Shown: positions 20,382 through 30,987 of the stretch, in pieces
Layout of the letters: the number at the start of each line of letters is the position of its first letter
Position numbering within the stretch: position 1 is the first letter of the stretch
DNA from: Patescibacteria group bacterium
GTDB lineage: Bacteria; Patescibacteriota; Minisyncoccia; Phycocordibacterales; BOKC01
Direction: 5' to 3'
Assembly: GCA_038062955.1 (NCBI GenBank)
Contig: JBBTWE010000001.1
Location: forward strand, 453,640-517,639
Length of the DNA stretch: 64,000 nucleotides
Position numbers and translations under genes: made by a program
The notes under the pieces: generated by a model
What the model was told of the DNA's origin: nothing
Seen by the model: only the letters and a program-made list of their open reading frames with translations
The model's database searches: none

Positions 20382-23300
20382 TTAAGACGACACACACCCA
20401 GAAAAATTACAATTTAAAAGCCAAGGGGAAAACACGGCATTGCCATAAATCTGATCGCCTGTGCCTCCGGGATTATTTGTGTGTCTCGGTCCGCTTGTAT
20501 CCCCCCACCAATTGTCTCGAGCCACGACATTGGATCCATTTCCAGCATTTAGCCCATAACGTAGATTTTCAGCAATATCGCTTTTTGTTATCGACATATT
20601 TCCAGTGTTACCTGCTGCTTTATTTATACCATAGCCGTTTTGATAGATAGCGCTCGAATCTATATTGAGTGTTCCTTGCCCATTATTCATGGACACTACC
20701 CCCAAAATAGAGCAAAAGAATTGAGCGTAACATTTGCCACCGTACCGCAACACAGCATTCGATATGGTAGAAGTGCTATTGCCATAAAGAACGATGCCGA
20801 CATAGTCCTCTCTGGCAGGATAAGAGCCATAACCATCACCATTAGAATCACCGCCAATAAAATCATCTTTGTAAGAAGTGAAATAAATTTTATTTTGTTT
20901 TTTCCCTTGCGCCACAAATGCTCCACCTACCCACAAAGATGAGCTGTCGGCCTGAAATTTGACCACCGTTCCCGGATTTATGGTCAAAGATTTAGAACCT
21001 GTCGAAAAACTTCCGACTATAAACGGCACACCAGGATTCCAGGTTTGATTTTCTTTGGCACTTCCATAAAGATAAAACCCATTTGTTGAAGTACCGCTCG
21101 TGCGGTTCCCAGAATTAACAAAATCAATTTGAGTTTGATAGCCACTGCCAAAATTACCATCGCCGAATTGATTGTTCGAAAAACTAGTGTTAGTAATAGA
21201 AATATTATGATCCCCAGACTGCCCAATGACATACACACCATAATGTCCACTTTTTGTAATCACACTTTTTTCAATAGAAAGACCTATAGGACCGCCATAG
21301 GGATTTATTGCAATAACTCCACTATAGGTGCTGTTAGTAATGGAAGTGTTACTGATCGTTGTGGTTGCGGAACCTTGTGAATAAACACCGTATCTATTAT
21401 TTATAAACGTACTCAATGAAATATTGATTGGAATTGTGCCGTAATGGGAAATTCCTCCTCGAGCAGAACACGACCCCCAATGACAATAATCAGCGCCTCC
21501 ATATTTAATCACTACATTTGAAATATCAGCGCCTCCTGCGATATGTATTCCTGGATAATCTCCGGCACTTGGTGTCGTGATTGAACCGTCACCATTTGAA
21601 TCCCCTCCCACAGAATCATCTTTTAGGGATGTGAAATAAATCGGTACTCCGGATGTGCCGTTAGCGACCAGAGACCCAAGGACATAGAGAGAAGCAAATT
21701 GTCCATCAACAAACTTCACGATTGTCCCAGGGTTTATTGTAAGAGTGGAATTAGTGGGCACATCTATTCGCCCGTCTATAATAAACGGAACCCCTGGATT
21801 CCAAGTGTGATTTGTGATCAAGGGTCCGCCAATATGAAAACCGCTTTTTGTGGTTCCTGCAGTGGTATTGCCGTGATTTATAAAATTAATTATTGACTGC
21901 CCAGAGATAACTGCATCCCCCTCTGTGTTGTTAACAAAATTAGTGTCAGTGATGGTAGCGTCGATAGCAATATTTTGACTTCCATAGGCATGCACACCGT
22001 AGCTTCCATTCTCTGAAATTGTTGAGTTGGAAATAGAGAGTTTTACAGGTATTCCATAATTGCCATAAGCTTTAACACCTATGTCTCCGCTTTGAGTGAT
22101 TGTGCTATTTTTAATAGTTAAATCTACCGAATTTACACCTTCTATTCCAGATAATGTACTGCTCGCAACGGTACTGTTTACAAAATTTATAACACCGCCT
22201 GAGCTAGTTATGCCAATTCGATTATCGATTATAGTAGTGGAAGTGGCGTTAGTGCTTCCACCTAAATTTATGATTGAAGCTCCAGAAGGATACGAAGAGC
22301 AACCAAACACCCCACACCAGAGATAACCTCCATAACGAATCACAACATTTTCTAGATTTATGGTTCCTCCTCCATAATTTATGAGGCCTATAAAATCACC
22401 GGTGGCTGGAGTGGAAGCATTCCCATCTCCATTGTTGTCCCCGCCTATCGAATCATCTTTGTACGAAGTAAAATAAATTTTATTTTGTGGAGTGCCTTGC
22501 GCGACAAGGGAACCTTCTACCCGAATAAAGTTTTGTCGAGTTTGAAACTTAACAACTGCTCCCGAATTTATCGTAAGCGTTACTCCAGGATTTATTGTCA
22601 CTGGACCCGCAAGAAGATACACCCTCCCACCGACCCATGTGGTGTTTTGACTGACATATCCAGAAACATTTGTGATGGGGAGAGTGTTAGAGGTTGGCGG
22701 GGTGAGAGATGGCACAGTGGTTGTCCAAAGAAAACCTATATTATGTGGCCAAGGATCAATCTGTACTGGAGCATTTGATAAAGGAGACCACCCATATGGA
22801 TCAATATTTTGTCCGCCAGTCTGAAATTGCCGAAGACCAAAATGCAAGTGTGGTCCACCAGTGCAACTCCCCGTATTTCCAGATAAAGCAATACGAGTAA
22901 ATCTATCTTATCCCCACGTAATACCGGACTGTTAATAGCAAAATAATTGGAATTAGCCTTTAGGTGAGCATAAACCGAACACTGATTCTGTATGGGGTGA
23001 AGTATGGCCATATGAAAACCATACCCTACTGTATGGTTTGGATTTTCCCACCCAGCACGATGAATTACACCGCTATCAGCAGCATAAATATTTTTCCCTT
23101 CTATGCGAGTACCATAATCTATTCCATGATGGTTATCATAACAACCGAAACCATTATTGTAAGAACCACAAGAACTAAGAGATGCCCCAAGACCTTGATA
23201 AATCAATCCTGTAAACCTTGTCATTTGGCCTAAGACACTATCATGGTCAAACCATGAGGTTGTGCTTATATCAGGATCAGTAATATCATCGATTGGTAGA

Positions 23301-23419
23301 GTATAGTAACTTGCAAAAACATAAGATGGCAATAGAAAAAATACACTTATAAATATATATTTATAAGTAAATAAGATTTTAATTTTATTTGATAACTTTG
23401 TATTCCCAAACATATCCAT
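20382..23419 (-). pseudogene. M23 peptidase + parallel beta-helix repeat surface protein, split by a frameshift near 22890-22907
   Basis: HHGID and YAHL lie in ORF 22736-23419. The completing SGNTG..GPHLHF motif lies in the -1 frame, which continues into ORF 20382-22847 with three IYFTS.KDD..GGD.NGDG repeats. Confidence 0.8.
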
Positions 23420-24185
23420 CGTTTATAAATGTAATTATAGATCCATCTTCCGACCATCTAAAAGGTATCCAATCTGCATTATGAATATAAGTTAAATTAC
23501 TTCCGTCAGAATCTATAATCACTAAGTAACTAGTTTCTTGAGGAGAATTAAGGTTATAAGTCAAAAAAGCTATTTTATTTCCTAAAGGAGACCATTTGAT
23601 GTAATCAAAACCACTACTACCATAACCCTCTACAATAACCCTGTCAGAGCCATCATTCGAGCGAAGGTACAAATCTACGCTGTTTGCTCCAGTCACATAA
23701 GAAATACTTTTATCCTTGGGAGAATAAGCGGCACTATAAGTATCTCTTGGTAATCCTGCATCGTAGTAATTTCCTTGAATATCTAGATAATAAATTTTAA
23801 GATCCCAGCTAGCATACAATATCACCTTGGTACTATCTGAAGTCCAGCCAATAAAATAACCCCACTCATCGTTAGTCAATCTATTACCCTGGTCATCTGT
23901 AATGTAGTTTTTATCCCCCTCTTCTAATCTCTCAGCAAGCACAACTTTATATTTTTTATTTGGTGAAAAAGTGTGTGAATTTTCAAATTCTATTTCAGTT
24001 TGTTCGGTAGTTTCCATTACTCTCTTTACATCATTTTTATCTGCTTCTTTAGGGATATTCACAGGTTCAGTGTTTTGCACAACTGGTTCTGTTGTGGGAG
24101 CAATTGTTTTATTAACAGATAATAAATAGAACAGGCCAATAAGAACCAAAACGATAATGATGATTGCGATGATTTTGTTTTTCAT
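23385..24185 (-). CDS. TolB-like beta-propeller exported protein
   Basis: N-terminal TM; FSPN, YSPK, WSPLGNKIAF and WSEDG repeats. Confidence 0.75.
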   Translation of the reverse strand: MKNKIIAIIIIVLVLIGLFYLLSVNKTIAPTTEPVVQNTEPVNIPKEADKNDVKRVMETTEQTEIEFENSHTFSPNKKYKVVLAERLEEGDKNYITDDQGNRLTNDEWGYFIGWTSDSTKVILYASWDLKIYYLDIQGNYYDAGLPRDTYSAAYSPKDKSISYVTGANSVDLYLRSNDGSDRVIVEGYGSSGFDYIKWSPLGNKIAFLTYNLNSPQETSYLVIIDSDGSNLTYIHNADWIPFRWSEDGSIITFINDGYVWEYKVIK

Positions 24186-24203
24186 ATGATTTAATATTAA
24201 TTT

Positions 24204-25397
24204 TTAATCTACTAGTAATGGATAAGATTTTAATTGCTCATCATGCGTTAATTGTTCCGCCTCGCCCATCTCATCAATTGACCAGATTTGTCTGCTTCCG
24301 TTAATCTCGCGAGAAAACACAATCTCGTTTCCGTCGCGAGAATAGTTAGTCTGCTCAACAAAACCATCCCCAAAATTAGTTAAAGAGATGAGAGCTTTTT
24401 GGTTTACATCATACTTCCAAAGATTTGCCCCTTTTGTAAAAATAATTTTTGCGCCGTCCGAAGACCAAACTGGCGGATAATTCCAATTAACGCCCGAAAT
24501 TCTTTCAGCGCCTGAACCATCTGAATTAATCACCCATATCTCACTTTTTTCTTCATTAATAGCAAAATCTGATTTTAGAAATGCAATTTTATCCCCATTC
24601 GGTGAGAAACGAACCCAAGCAAAGATATTTTTATCGCCTTCGAGCAAAAGTTTGTCTTTCCCTTTTGTGTCTCTTATATAAATCGTTGAATCATCGGTTC
24701 CAGTTTTTGTAAGAGTATAAACAATACTTTTATCTTTAGAACTAACGTCCGCATTAGCAACTCCTATTGGTAACTTAGAATCATAATATTTACCGTTCAC
24801 ATTCAAATAATAAATTTGGCGGCCTCGAGCGTTTTCTTCAAAGCCGGAAAGAAAAAGTAGAACACCGGTACTATCTGGCAACCATGAAATAGCGTAACCA
24901 GGTTTTACATCAGTGATCATATTTCCTTCAAGATCAGCGATGTAAGTTTCTGTTTTCTCCTCACTACTTACAGTGACAGCGATTAATTCTCTATTAGGCG
25001 ACAAATATATAAATTTTCTGTAATTATCAAAATTATCTTTATCTATAGTTACAGCGTCACTAGAATCCCCCATTGATTCTTTATTGATAACACTATGTCC
25101 GAAATTATTGACCAACTCCGACACATAAATTAATGAAGATTCTTTTTCTATTGGGATTTCTTTTTCTGCTAGTGCTTCCGTGACATCTTCATCTTTTATT
25201 TCTACAGAAACATCACTATTCATATTTTCCACCTCAAGAATTTTCTCATTATTATCTATCCCCAACTCAACTATCTCTGTCACATCAGAATCCATGGCTT
25301 TTGCTTGAGGGTTTCCAAACGTAATATCCAATATAAAAATAATCAAGAAAATAGAGGTAATTGCCACAAACAAAGTCTCGGTTTTGAGATTTTTCAT
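24204..25397 (-). CDS. TolB-like (PD40) beta-propeller exported protein
   Basis: FSPNGDKIAF, WSSDGAKIIF, YSRDGNEIVF; resembles the adjacent gene; start uncertain. Confidence 0.8.
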   Translation of the reverse strand: MKNLKTETLFVAITSIFLIIFILDITFGNPQAKAMDSDVTEIVELGIDNNEKILEVENMNSDVSVEIKDEDVTEALAEKEIPIEKESSLIYVSELVNNFGHSVINKESMGDSSDAVTIDKDNFDNYRKFIYLSPNRELIAVTVSSEEKTETYIADLEGNMITDVKPGYAISWLPDSTGVLLFLSGFEENARGRQIYYLNVNGKYYDSKLPIGVANADVSSKDKSIVYTLTKTGTDDSTIYIRDTKGKDKLLLEGDKNIFAWVRFSPNGDKIAFLKSDFAINEEKSEIWVINSDGSGAERISGVNWNYPPVWSSDGAKIIFTKGANLWKYDVNQKALISLTNFGDGFVEQTNYSRDGNEIVFSREINGSRQIWSIDEMGEAEQLTHDEQLKSYPLLVD

Positions 25398-25798
25398 ACC
25401 ATTCATTTGTACCATATATACCATTCCCCAACAATACATAACTTCCACCACCTTTTACCTAGAGTTTTCTTTACATTTCGAGCTGAAGTGATAAAATAGG
25501 CTTATGTTTCCGAATCGATCACTTTTATTAATCAAAGAGTTCACCGAGAGTGACTTAAATTGTCGCTCCCTAAGTAGTGTTTTGTTCGGAGAATTAAAAA
25601 TTTCATACTAAGTTATTTAGAGTCCCGCATGTGCGGGATTTTATTTTTTTGTACCTAACACAAGTCAATATTAAGTTCTTTGTTGACAAAATCTTTGTTT
25701 CATGCTAACATAGACTTATTCATTAACAATCTGTCAAATAACCAAAAATAAAGGTTATTTTCACAAAACATACATTTTCATTAATCTAAACCCAACTT

Positions 25799-26329
25799 AT
25801 GAAGAAAATCGTTGTAAAGAAAAGCAAAATCCACGGCACCGGCTTATTTTTAGAGGAAGATGTGTCGAGAAGAGATTTCATCTCCTACATTCGAGGTCAT
25901 CTCTCCACTCTTAAAAAACAAAAGATTCACACACCCGAAGCGGCGCTCATGTACCCTAATTGGATTGGAGTTTCAATGTCCTACTGGATTGATCCTGCTA
26001 TGCCATTTAGGTATCTTAATCATTCGTGTGATCCTTCCTGTGGAGTTAAAGGAAAGAGAAGATTATACGCACTAAGAGATTTAAAAGCGGGTGACGAAAT
26101 CACAGTTGATTATTCAACTATTGAAGCTAACCCGCATTGGCAAATAAAATGCTCTTGCGGATCAAAAAAATGTCGAGGTATAGTCCGAGCATTAAAGTAT
26201 CTACCGTTATCTAATTTTAAAAAATACTATCCGTTTTTCCCAACAGCGTTTAGAAAGTTTTATATAAGATATAAACATCTCTCTATTAAAGGAAATCCTT
26301 GGATTAAAAAAATAAAGGTTTTCTCTTAA
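25799..26329 (+). CDS. SET-domain methyltransferase with post-SET motif
   Basis: SKIHGTGLF, RYLNHSCDPS, GDEITVDY, CSCGSKKCRG. Confidence 0.93.
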   Translation: MKKIVVKKSKIHGTGLFLEEDVSRRDFISYIRGHLSTLKKQKIHTPEAALMYPNWIGVSMSYWIDPAMPFRYLNHSCDPSCGVKGKRRLYALRDLKAGDEITVDYSTIEANPHWQIKCSCGSKKCRGIVRALKYLPLSNFKKYYPFFPTAFRKFYIRYKHLSIKGNPWIKKIKVFS

Positions 26330-26391
26330 TCAGACAAAGCATAATATATAAAAATCAGACCCACAAAGGTCTGTTTTTTATATATTCTTGG

Positions 26392-26700
26392 CTATAAATT
26401 CAGAAAATATTCAGACTCTCCCCTACAAACAAATTCTAAACATTCTTTTCTTTTTTCTAAATGTTTTTTGTTTAAATTATTATCCAAATTGGTTGGTTTA
26501 ACACCGCCGGCATTTTCTAACGTATAGCCAACAACATAAAAATCTTTTCCAACAGGAAATACTAAACACCCTTCCAATAAAAGATTTTCTTCTTTGATTG
26601 TCTTTAATGCTTCATCTTTAAATTCTGTAGATAGGAGTTTACACCAGTCTTTCCAGACCTGTAGTTTCCCTTCTTTGACTTTAAATAAAGAGTATTTCAT
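26392..26700 (-). CDS. Hypothetical protein (DUF6176-like)
   Basis: 102 aa; W..WC..L..EA..TI.EE.L..E pattern. Confidence 0.6.
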   Translation of the reverse strand: MKYSLFKVKEGKLQVWKDWCKLLSTEFKDEALKTIKEENLLLEGCLVFPVGKDFYVVGYTLENAGGVKPTNLDNNLNKKHLEKRKECLEFVCRGESEYFLNL

Positions 26701-26759
26701 TTCATTTTATTTTCATAAAAAATCCCCCATACCGCTTTCGGTTAGGGGGATCATCTGGA

Positions 26760-27299
26760 TCAAGCCAGAGCAAGTTCGGGACGCACGGCGAAGATTGTTT
26801 CTCCGGCCGACTGAGCATTCCCCCCGTGATAACAGATCACACGATCCTGAACGACACTTGAGGGATAGAACTCCTCATCATTCCCACCAAAGATTCTCTG
26901 ATGGATTTCGATGGTGTACTCGTAAAGCCTACCCACACGACCGACTTCTGGTACATCCAGATGATCGAGAGGGTAATGGTGCATGTACTGACCGAGTACT
27001 TCGTTGCAGAACCGCACATACGGCTCCGTATGAAGAATCTGAGAGTGCCAGAACGGATCGAGTACATCCGAGATTGCGTGGCCATTCAAAGGGTCAAGCA
27101 CTGCAATCGCATGGTACTTCCGAAGAGCGAAGATACCACGATCCAAAAATCCTTCAGTAGGATCCTGACCAATGGTAATCATGTCCTTTTGAGTCTTTCT
27201 CCTTTCAGAGGAAAAATCCCAACCATCGATGATTTCCAGAGACCGCATCTGAGTAGTAGTCAAAGGAACCTTCACCCCATCCATCAGTCGTAGTGTCAT
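26760..27299 (-). CDS. Glycine-rich-domain-containing-protein-like hypothetical (GC-rich cassette)
   Basis: SDVLDPFWHSQILHT..Y..FC...GQYMHHYP matches the D..WH.HIL.T..Y..FC..H.P motif; SD aagga and terminator at about 26722-26752. Confidence 0.7.
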   Translation of the reverse strand: MTLRLMDGVKVPLTTTQMRSLEIIDGWDFSSERRKTQKDMITIGQDPTEGFLDRGIFALRKYHAIAVLDPLNGHAISDVLDPFWHSQILHTEPYVRFCNEVLGQYMHHYPLDHLDVPEVGRVGRLYEYTIEIHQRIFGGNDEEFYPSSVVQDRVICYHGGNAQSAGETIFAVRPELALA

Positions 27300-27491
27300 C
27301 TGGCTTTTCCTTGCAAGGAACAACTAATAGACAACTCGAAATGAGTTACCTTTCTATATACAAGATATACTATTAGAATGCGTTGTCAACTATTTTTTCA
27401 ATTTATCAGATTCTGTTTTGGGCGAAATTTTGGTAAGATTGAGTGATACAAGTTCTAAAAAACCTTAATTTTATAGATAAAATTTTTGAAT

Positions 27492-28115
27492 ATGTCCCTT
27501 TTAATTACAGTCTCAATATTTTCAGGCATAACTCAATTTTTAGGATATGTTGCGTATACTAAAGATGTAATATTTGAAAAAATTCGTCCAAATGCCGCGA
27601 GCTGGAGCATCTGGGCTTTTGGCGCAGTGCTTGAATCGATCTCATATATATTTCTCACTGGAGACATTCTAAAAAACGTTCTTCCTATCGTCTGCGCGAT
27701 AAGCGCCGTCTTATTTTTTCTTTTATGTTTAAAACGTGGACATTTTGAAAAAATCACTCGATTTGAAAAAATAATAGTTATTGCAGATATAGCAATTATT
27801 ATTATTTGGTTTCTAACGAAATCCCCTTTTTATGCCAATCTTCTCTTTGTTATCACTGCAATCATATCCTTCGTCCCAATAATAGTTAATGTCTACAAAA
27901 ATCCAACATATGAAAATGCTTTTCCCTGGTTTATTTGGACCACTGCGTATGCGCTACAAACAATTGTTGTCGTTGGAAGATTTGAAAAAGCGGAAGATTT
28001 AATCTATCCAGTAGTATTTTTTATTTTGCACATTATTGTTGCGGTCTTAGCGGTAGATGCTCGCAAAAAACGCCATCTAGCCATGATAAAAAAGATGCAT
28101 CCGGAACATCTATAA
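27492..28115 (+). CDS. Multi-pass membrane protein (PQ-loop-like)
   Basis: About 7 TM segments; RPNAASWSIW and P..EN..PW repeats. Confidence 0.7.
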   Translation: MSLLITVSIFSGITQFLGYVAYTKDVIFEKIRPNAASWSIWAFGAVLESISYIFLTGDILKNVLPIVCAISAVLFFLLCLKRGHFEKITRFEKIIVIADIAIIIIWFLTKSPFYANLLFVITAIISFVPIIVNVYKNPTYENAFPWFIWTTAYALQTIVVVGRFEKAEDLIYPVVFFILHIIVAVLAVDARKKRHLAMIKKMHPEHL

Positions 28116-28170
28116 CCCTACAAGACATGATTATTCGGCATATGATTTTTATGCTAAAATTGAATGGTCT

Positions 28171-28359
28171 ATGATAGAGAAAAAATCAAAAATATTTTTC
28201 ATAATACTGCTTATCATCATTTTATTTTCGATTGCATATACATACTACGACACATTAATCTTGAGAAGATTTGATATCTTTGTTTCAGAAGATCAAATAC
28301 CAACATATTCAGACCTAACAAGTGAAATTAGAGAATTGATTAACTCCTATGTACAGTAG
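28171..28359 (+). CDS. Small single-TM protein overlapping the 7TM sensor gene
   Basis: 62 aa, basic N-terminus plus TM; overlaps the start of the next gene. Confidence 0.65.
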   Translation: MIEKKSKIFFIILLIIILFSIAYTYYDTLILRRFDIFVSEDQIPTYSDLTSEIRELINSYVQ

Positions 28360-29968
28360 TATTATAGAAAATTTAATGGCGGCTTGTGAATGGGACACTA
28401 CAGATTTTTTAATCGTATCTGCAAATGTATTTGATCGACTCATTTATTATTCCCATATTGTCCCTTTGGTGATTTCGCTAACAATCGGGTTTTTTGTACT
28501 TTATAAAAACCCAAAACAACTTCTATCTAGAATACTATTCGTAATTACAAGTTTATTTTCGGTTTGGGTATTTTTTGACTTGATTCTTTGGGCCACAGAC
28601 AAACCTTATTTCACGATGTTCTTTTGGTCACTCTTGGTCATAATTGAGCCGATCATTTATGCAACCTGTTTGTATTTTATACAGGTATTTATCACTGGCA
28701 AGGATACAACATTAAAAAATAAGATCGTTACCACATTATTCTTATTGCCGACATTTTTTTTAATCAACACTCACTATGCACTTTTAGGCTATAACTTAAT
28801 AAATTGTGACAGAGAAGTTATTGAAGGCCCCCTAACACAATTTGGGTACTTAATTGAAATAGTCTACACGCTCTGGATACTTATATTTTCTATGGAAAGA
28901 TTTAGAAAGATAAAAAATAATAATGTGACTCGTAAGCAAATTGTTTTAGTTACTGTTGGAATATTATTATTTCTTCTTACTTTCTCATCTGGCAATATCA
29001 TAGGAACTATTACTAACGATTGGAGAATTCCACAATGGGGAATATTTGGAATGCCAATATTTATTGGCTTCTTAGCTTACTTGATTGTAAAATACAGAAC
29101 CTTTGACATTAAATTGGTTGCCACACAAGCTTTGGCTATAATGATGTCAATTTTGATCGGCTCACAATTTTTCTTTATAAGGACACCTATAAATCAATTC
29201 CTAAATGGAATCACCTTCTTTATCTCAGTAATCGGTGGCATTCTCTTGGTTAGAAGTGTAAAAAAACAAATCAAACAGCGGGAGCAGGTAGAAAGCTTTC
29301 TAGAGGCTGGTTTTACTAGCGAGGCACTCATTTCATATTTATTGGCAAGTATAGAAGGTGCGCCAGAAACATATTATTGCGACTTAGATAAATTTGCGAC
29401 TAACTTTGATGTCACAAAAGTACATCAAGCACACACTCGTTTCTCCGATGAAGTTTTGAAAATTCATCAATCAAACTCTATTAAAGAGATGGGAAATAAA
29501 GACTACAGAAATGTATTCGAAAAAAGATTAGCTATTGTAAAACCACATCTGTTTGAACGGTATAAGAATGATCCAGATTTGCAGAAACTTTTATTGATGA
29601 GAAGAAGTAATTTAGTTGATGATAAATTCAATGTTGTTGATTTTGGAGAAGATTTCGGTGCAATTGATGAGAGATTATTACTGGTAGCAAGGCAAGTTGA
29701 AAAGTTTATAACGCTGAATGATCTAGGTTCTTCAAAAAAATCTTTAATGAACGGTCTTGAAAAGTGTAAAGAAGGACTTGGTTTAAGTAAAAAAGATTAT
29801 TATATGTCACTGCGTATCATGTATACTGGAAAGATGTATGGTCTTGGTCTAGATGATTTGCTATCATATCTTGAAAAGAAGGGCGAGCTAGGTGGTAGAA
29901 TTAGAATTTTTAAGCAATATCTTGAAAAAGAACACGGAAAGAGTGCGGGTTTCGGAAAAATCTTATAA
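28349..29968 (+). CDS. HisKA_7TM-type membrane domain fused to a GluRS-like C-terminal/anticodon-binding region
   Basis: First ~310 aa parallel the kinase at 33848 (LAYLIVKYRTFDIKL vs LVYLIVRYKTFNIKL). C-terminus has GFTSEALISYL, FDVTKV..TRFS.E.L and YMSLRIMYTG..GLGL. Confidence 0.7.
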   Translation: MYSSIIENLMAACEWDTTDFLIVSANVFDRLIYYSHIVPLVISLTIGFFVLYKNPKQLLSRILFVITSLFSVWVFFDLILWATDKPYFTMFFWSLLVIIEPIIYATCLYFIQVFITGKDTTLKNKIVTTLFLLPTFFLINTHYALLGYNLINCDREVIEGPLTQFGYLIEIVYTLWILIFSMERFRKIKNNNVTRKQIVLVTVGILLFLLTFSSGNIIGTITNDWRIPQWGIFGMPIFIGFLAYLIVKYRTFDIKLVATQALAIMMSILIGSQFFFIRTPINQFLNGITFFISVIGGILLVRSVKKQIKQREQVESFLEAGFTSEALISYLLASIEGAPETYYCDLDKFATNFDVTKVHQAHTRFSDEVLKIHQSNSIKEMGNKDYRNVFEKRLAIVKPHLFERYKNDPDLQKLLLMRRSNLVDDKFNVVDFGEDFGAIDERLLLVARQVEKFITLNDLGSSKKSLMNGLEKCKEGLGLSKKDYYMSLRIMYTGKMYGLGLDDLLSYLEKKGELGGRIRIFKQYLEKEHGKSAGFGKIL

Positions 29969-30228
29969 TATTTCAGTAGTTCTTCACGTCTCTTAACGCT
30001 GAAATCACTTTCCACACCTCAAAAATATTTAGCCTGATTTTAAGTTAGATTCTTGGAAAATTGATAAAAAACCCTTCCTATAAAACGTCTCAACAAGGCC
30101 ACTTATCGGAAGATATAAGTAATTACGAGGTTTTATAGTGTATAAATTATTGACTTTTAAAAAATATCTAGTATAATGTGAGGTGGATGTTCCAATTTTT
30201 GGCACTTTCATTACACAGGAGAAATACA

Positions 30229-30855
30229 ATGAATAGTTTGAACGTGACCAGATACATACTCTCCGGAGGATTTATTACAAAAGCCTCCGATAGAGGTCGA
30301 GCTTTCTATCGAGCGATCATTGGGGATCAAATACGAAACGCAAAAGTTTTGATCTGTTGTTTCGCACTCCCCCGTGAGAACTGGGTAGCAGCATTTGACG
30401 ACGAAAAGGGCAGGTTTCAGTTGTTCAACGGTGCACTCACAATGCATTTCCAGAACGCTGATCCCAGTCGTTTCGCTGACCAAGTCGCATGGGCAGACGT
30501 GATTGTCTTCCGCGGAGGTTCAACCAAAAGCTTGATGGATGTCCTTTCGGATATTCTGGGCTGGCAGAAAAACCTTTCAGGAAAGACTGTGGTAGGCTCT
30601 TCTGCTGGAGCCCACATGCTCTCGTCGAGCTATCTCGTGACTGACGCAGGACCTCAACTTGCTACTGGCCTCGGTTTACTACCAGTAGTAATTGCAACCC
30701 ACTATCAGTCGACTTTCATTCATGATGGTGACATCGATAAGTCTCGGGTTTTCTGGGACAAAGTTGATAGTCTCCTGAAGTCGAAAGCTGGTGGAAAAGA
30801 TGTGCTTGCGTTGAAGGAGGGCGATTTCCAGATCGTCGCAAGTGACAACTCATGA
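30229..30855 (+). CDS. Peptidase E / S51 (class I glutamine amidotransferase-like)
   Basis: ILSGG, FRGGST, GSSAGA, GLGLL..THY; SD aggag, promoter TTGACT/TATAAT at about 30151-30178, terminator at about 30855-30885. Confidence 0.88.
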   Translation: MNSLNVTRYILSGGFITKASDRGRAFYRAIIGDQIRNAKVLICCFALPRENWVAAFDDEKGRFQLFNGALTMHFQNADPSRFADQVAWADVIVFRGGSTKSLMDVLSDILGWQKNLSGKTVVGSSAGAHMLSSSYLVTDAGPQLATGLGLLPVVIATHYQSTFIHDGDIDKSRVFWDKVDSLLKSKAGGKDVLALKEGDFQIVASDNS

Positions 30856-30987
30856 CACCCAACTTCGGTTGGGTGTCCTTTTTTAATTTTAATACCTAGG
30901 AAACCCACGTAATACATTTTCTCCTAGAGAGCTGCGAGGAAATTGTCACTTATTCTATTTTGAGTCAAATTTTGATACAATTTTCTC

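Noticed and set aside
25500-25650. Hairpins upstream of the TolB-like genes as a riboswitch
   Set aside because: Two short stems only; no recognisable aptamer consensus.
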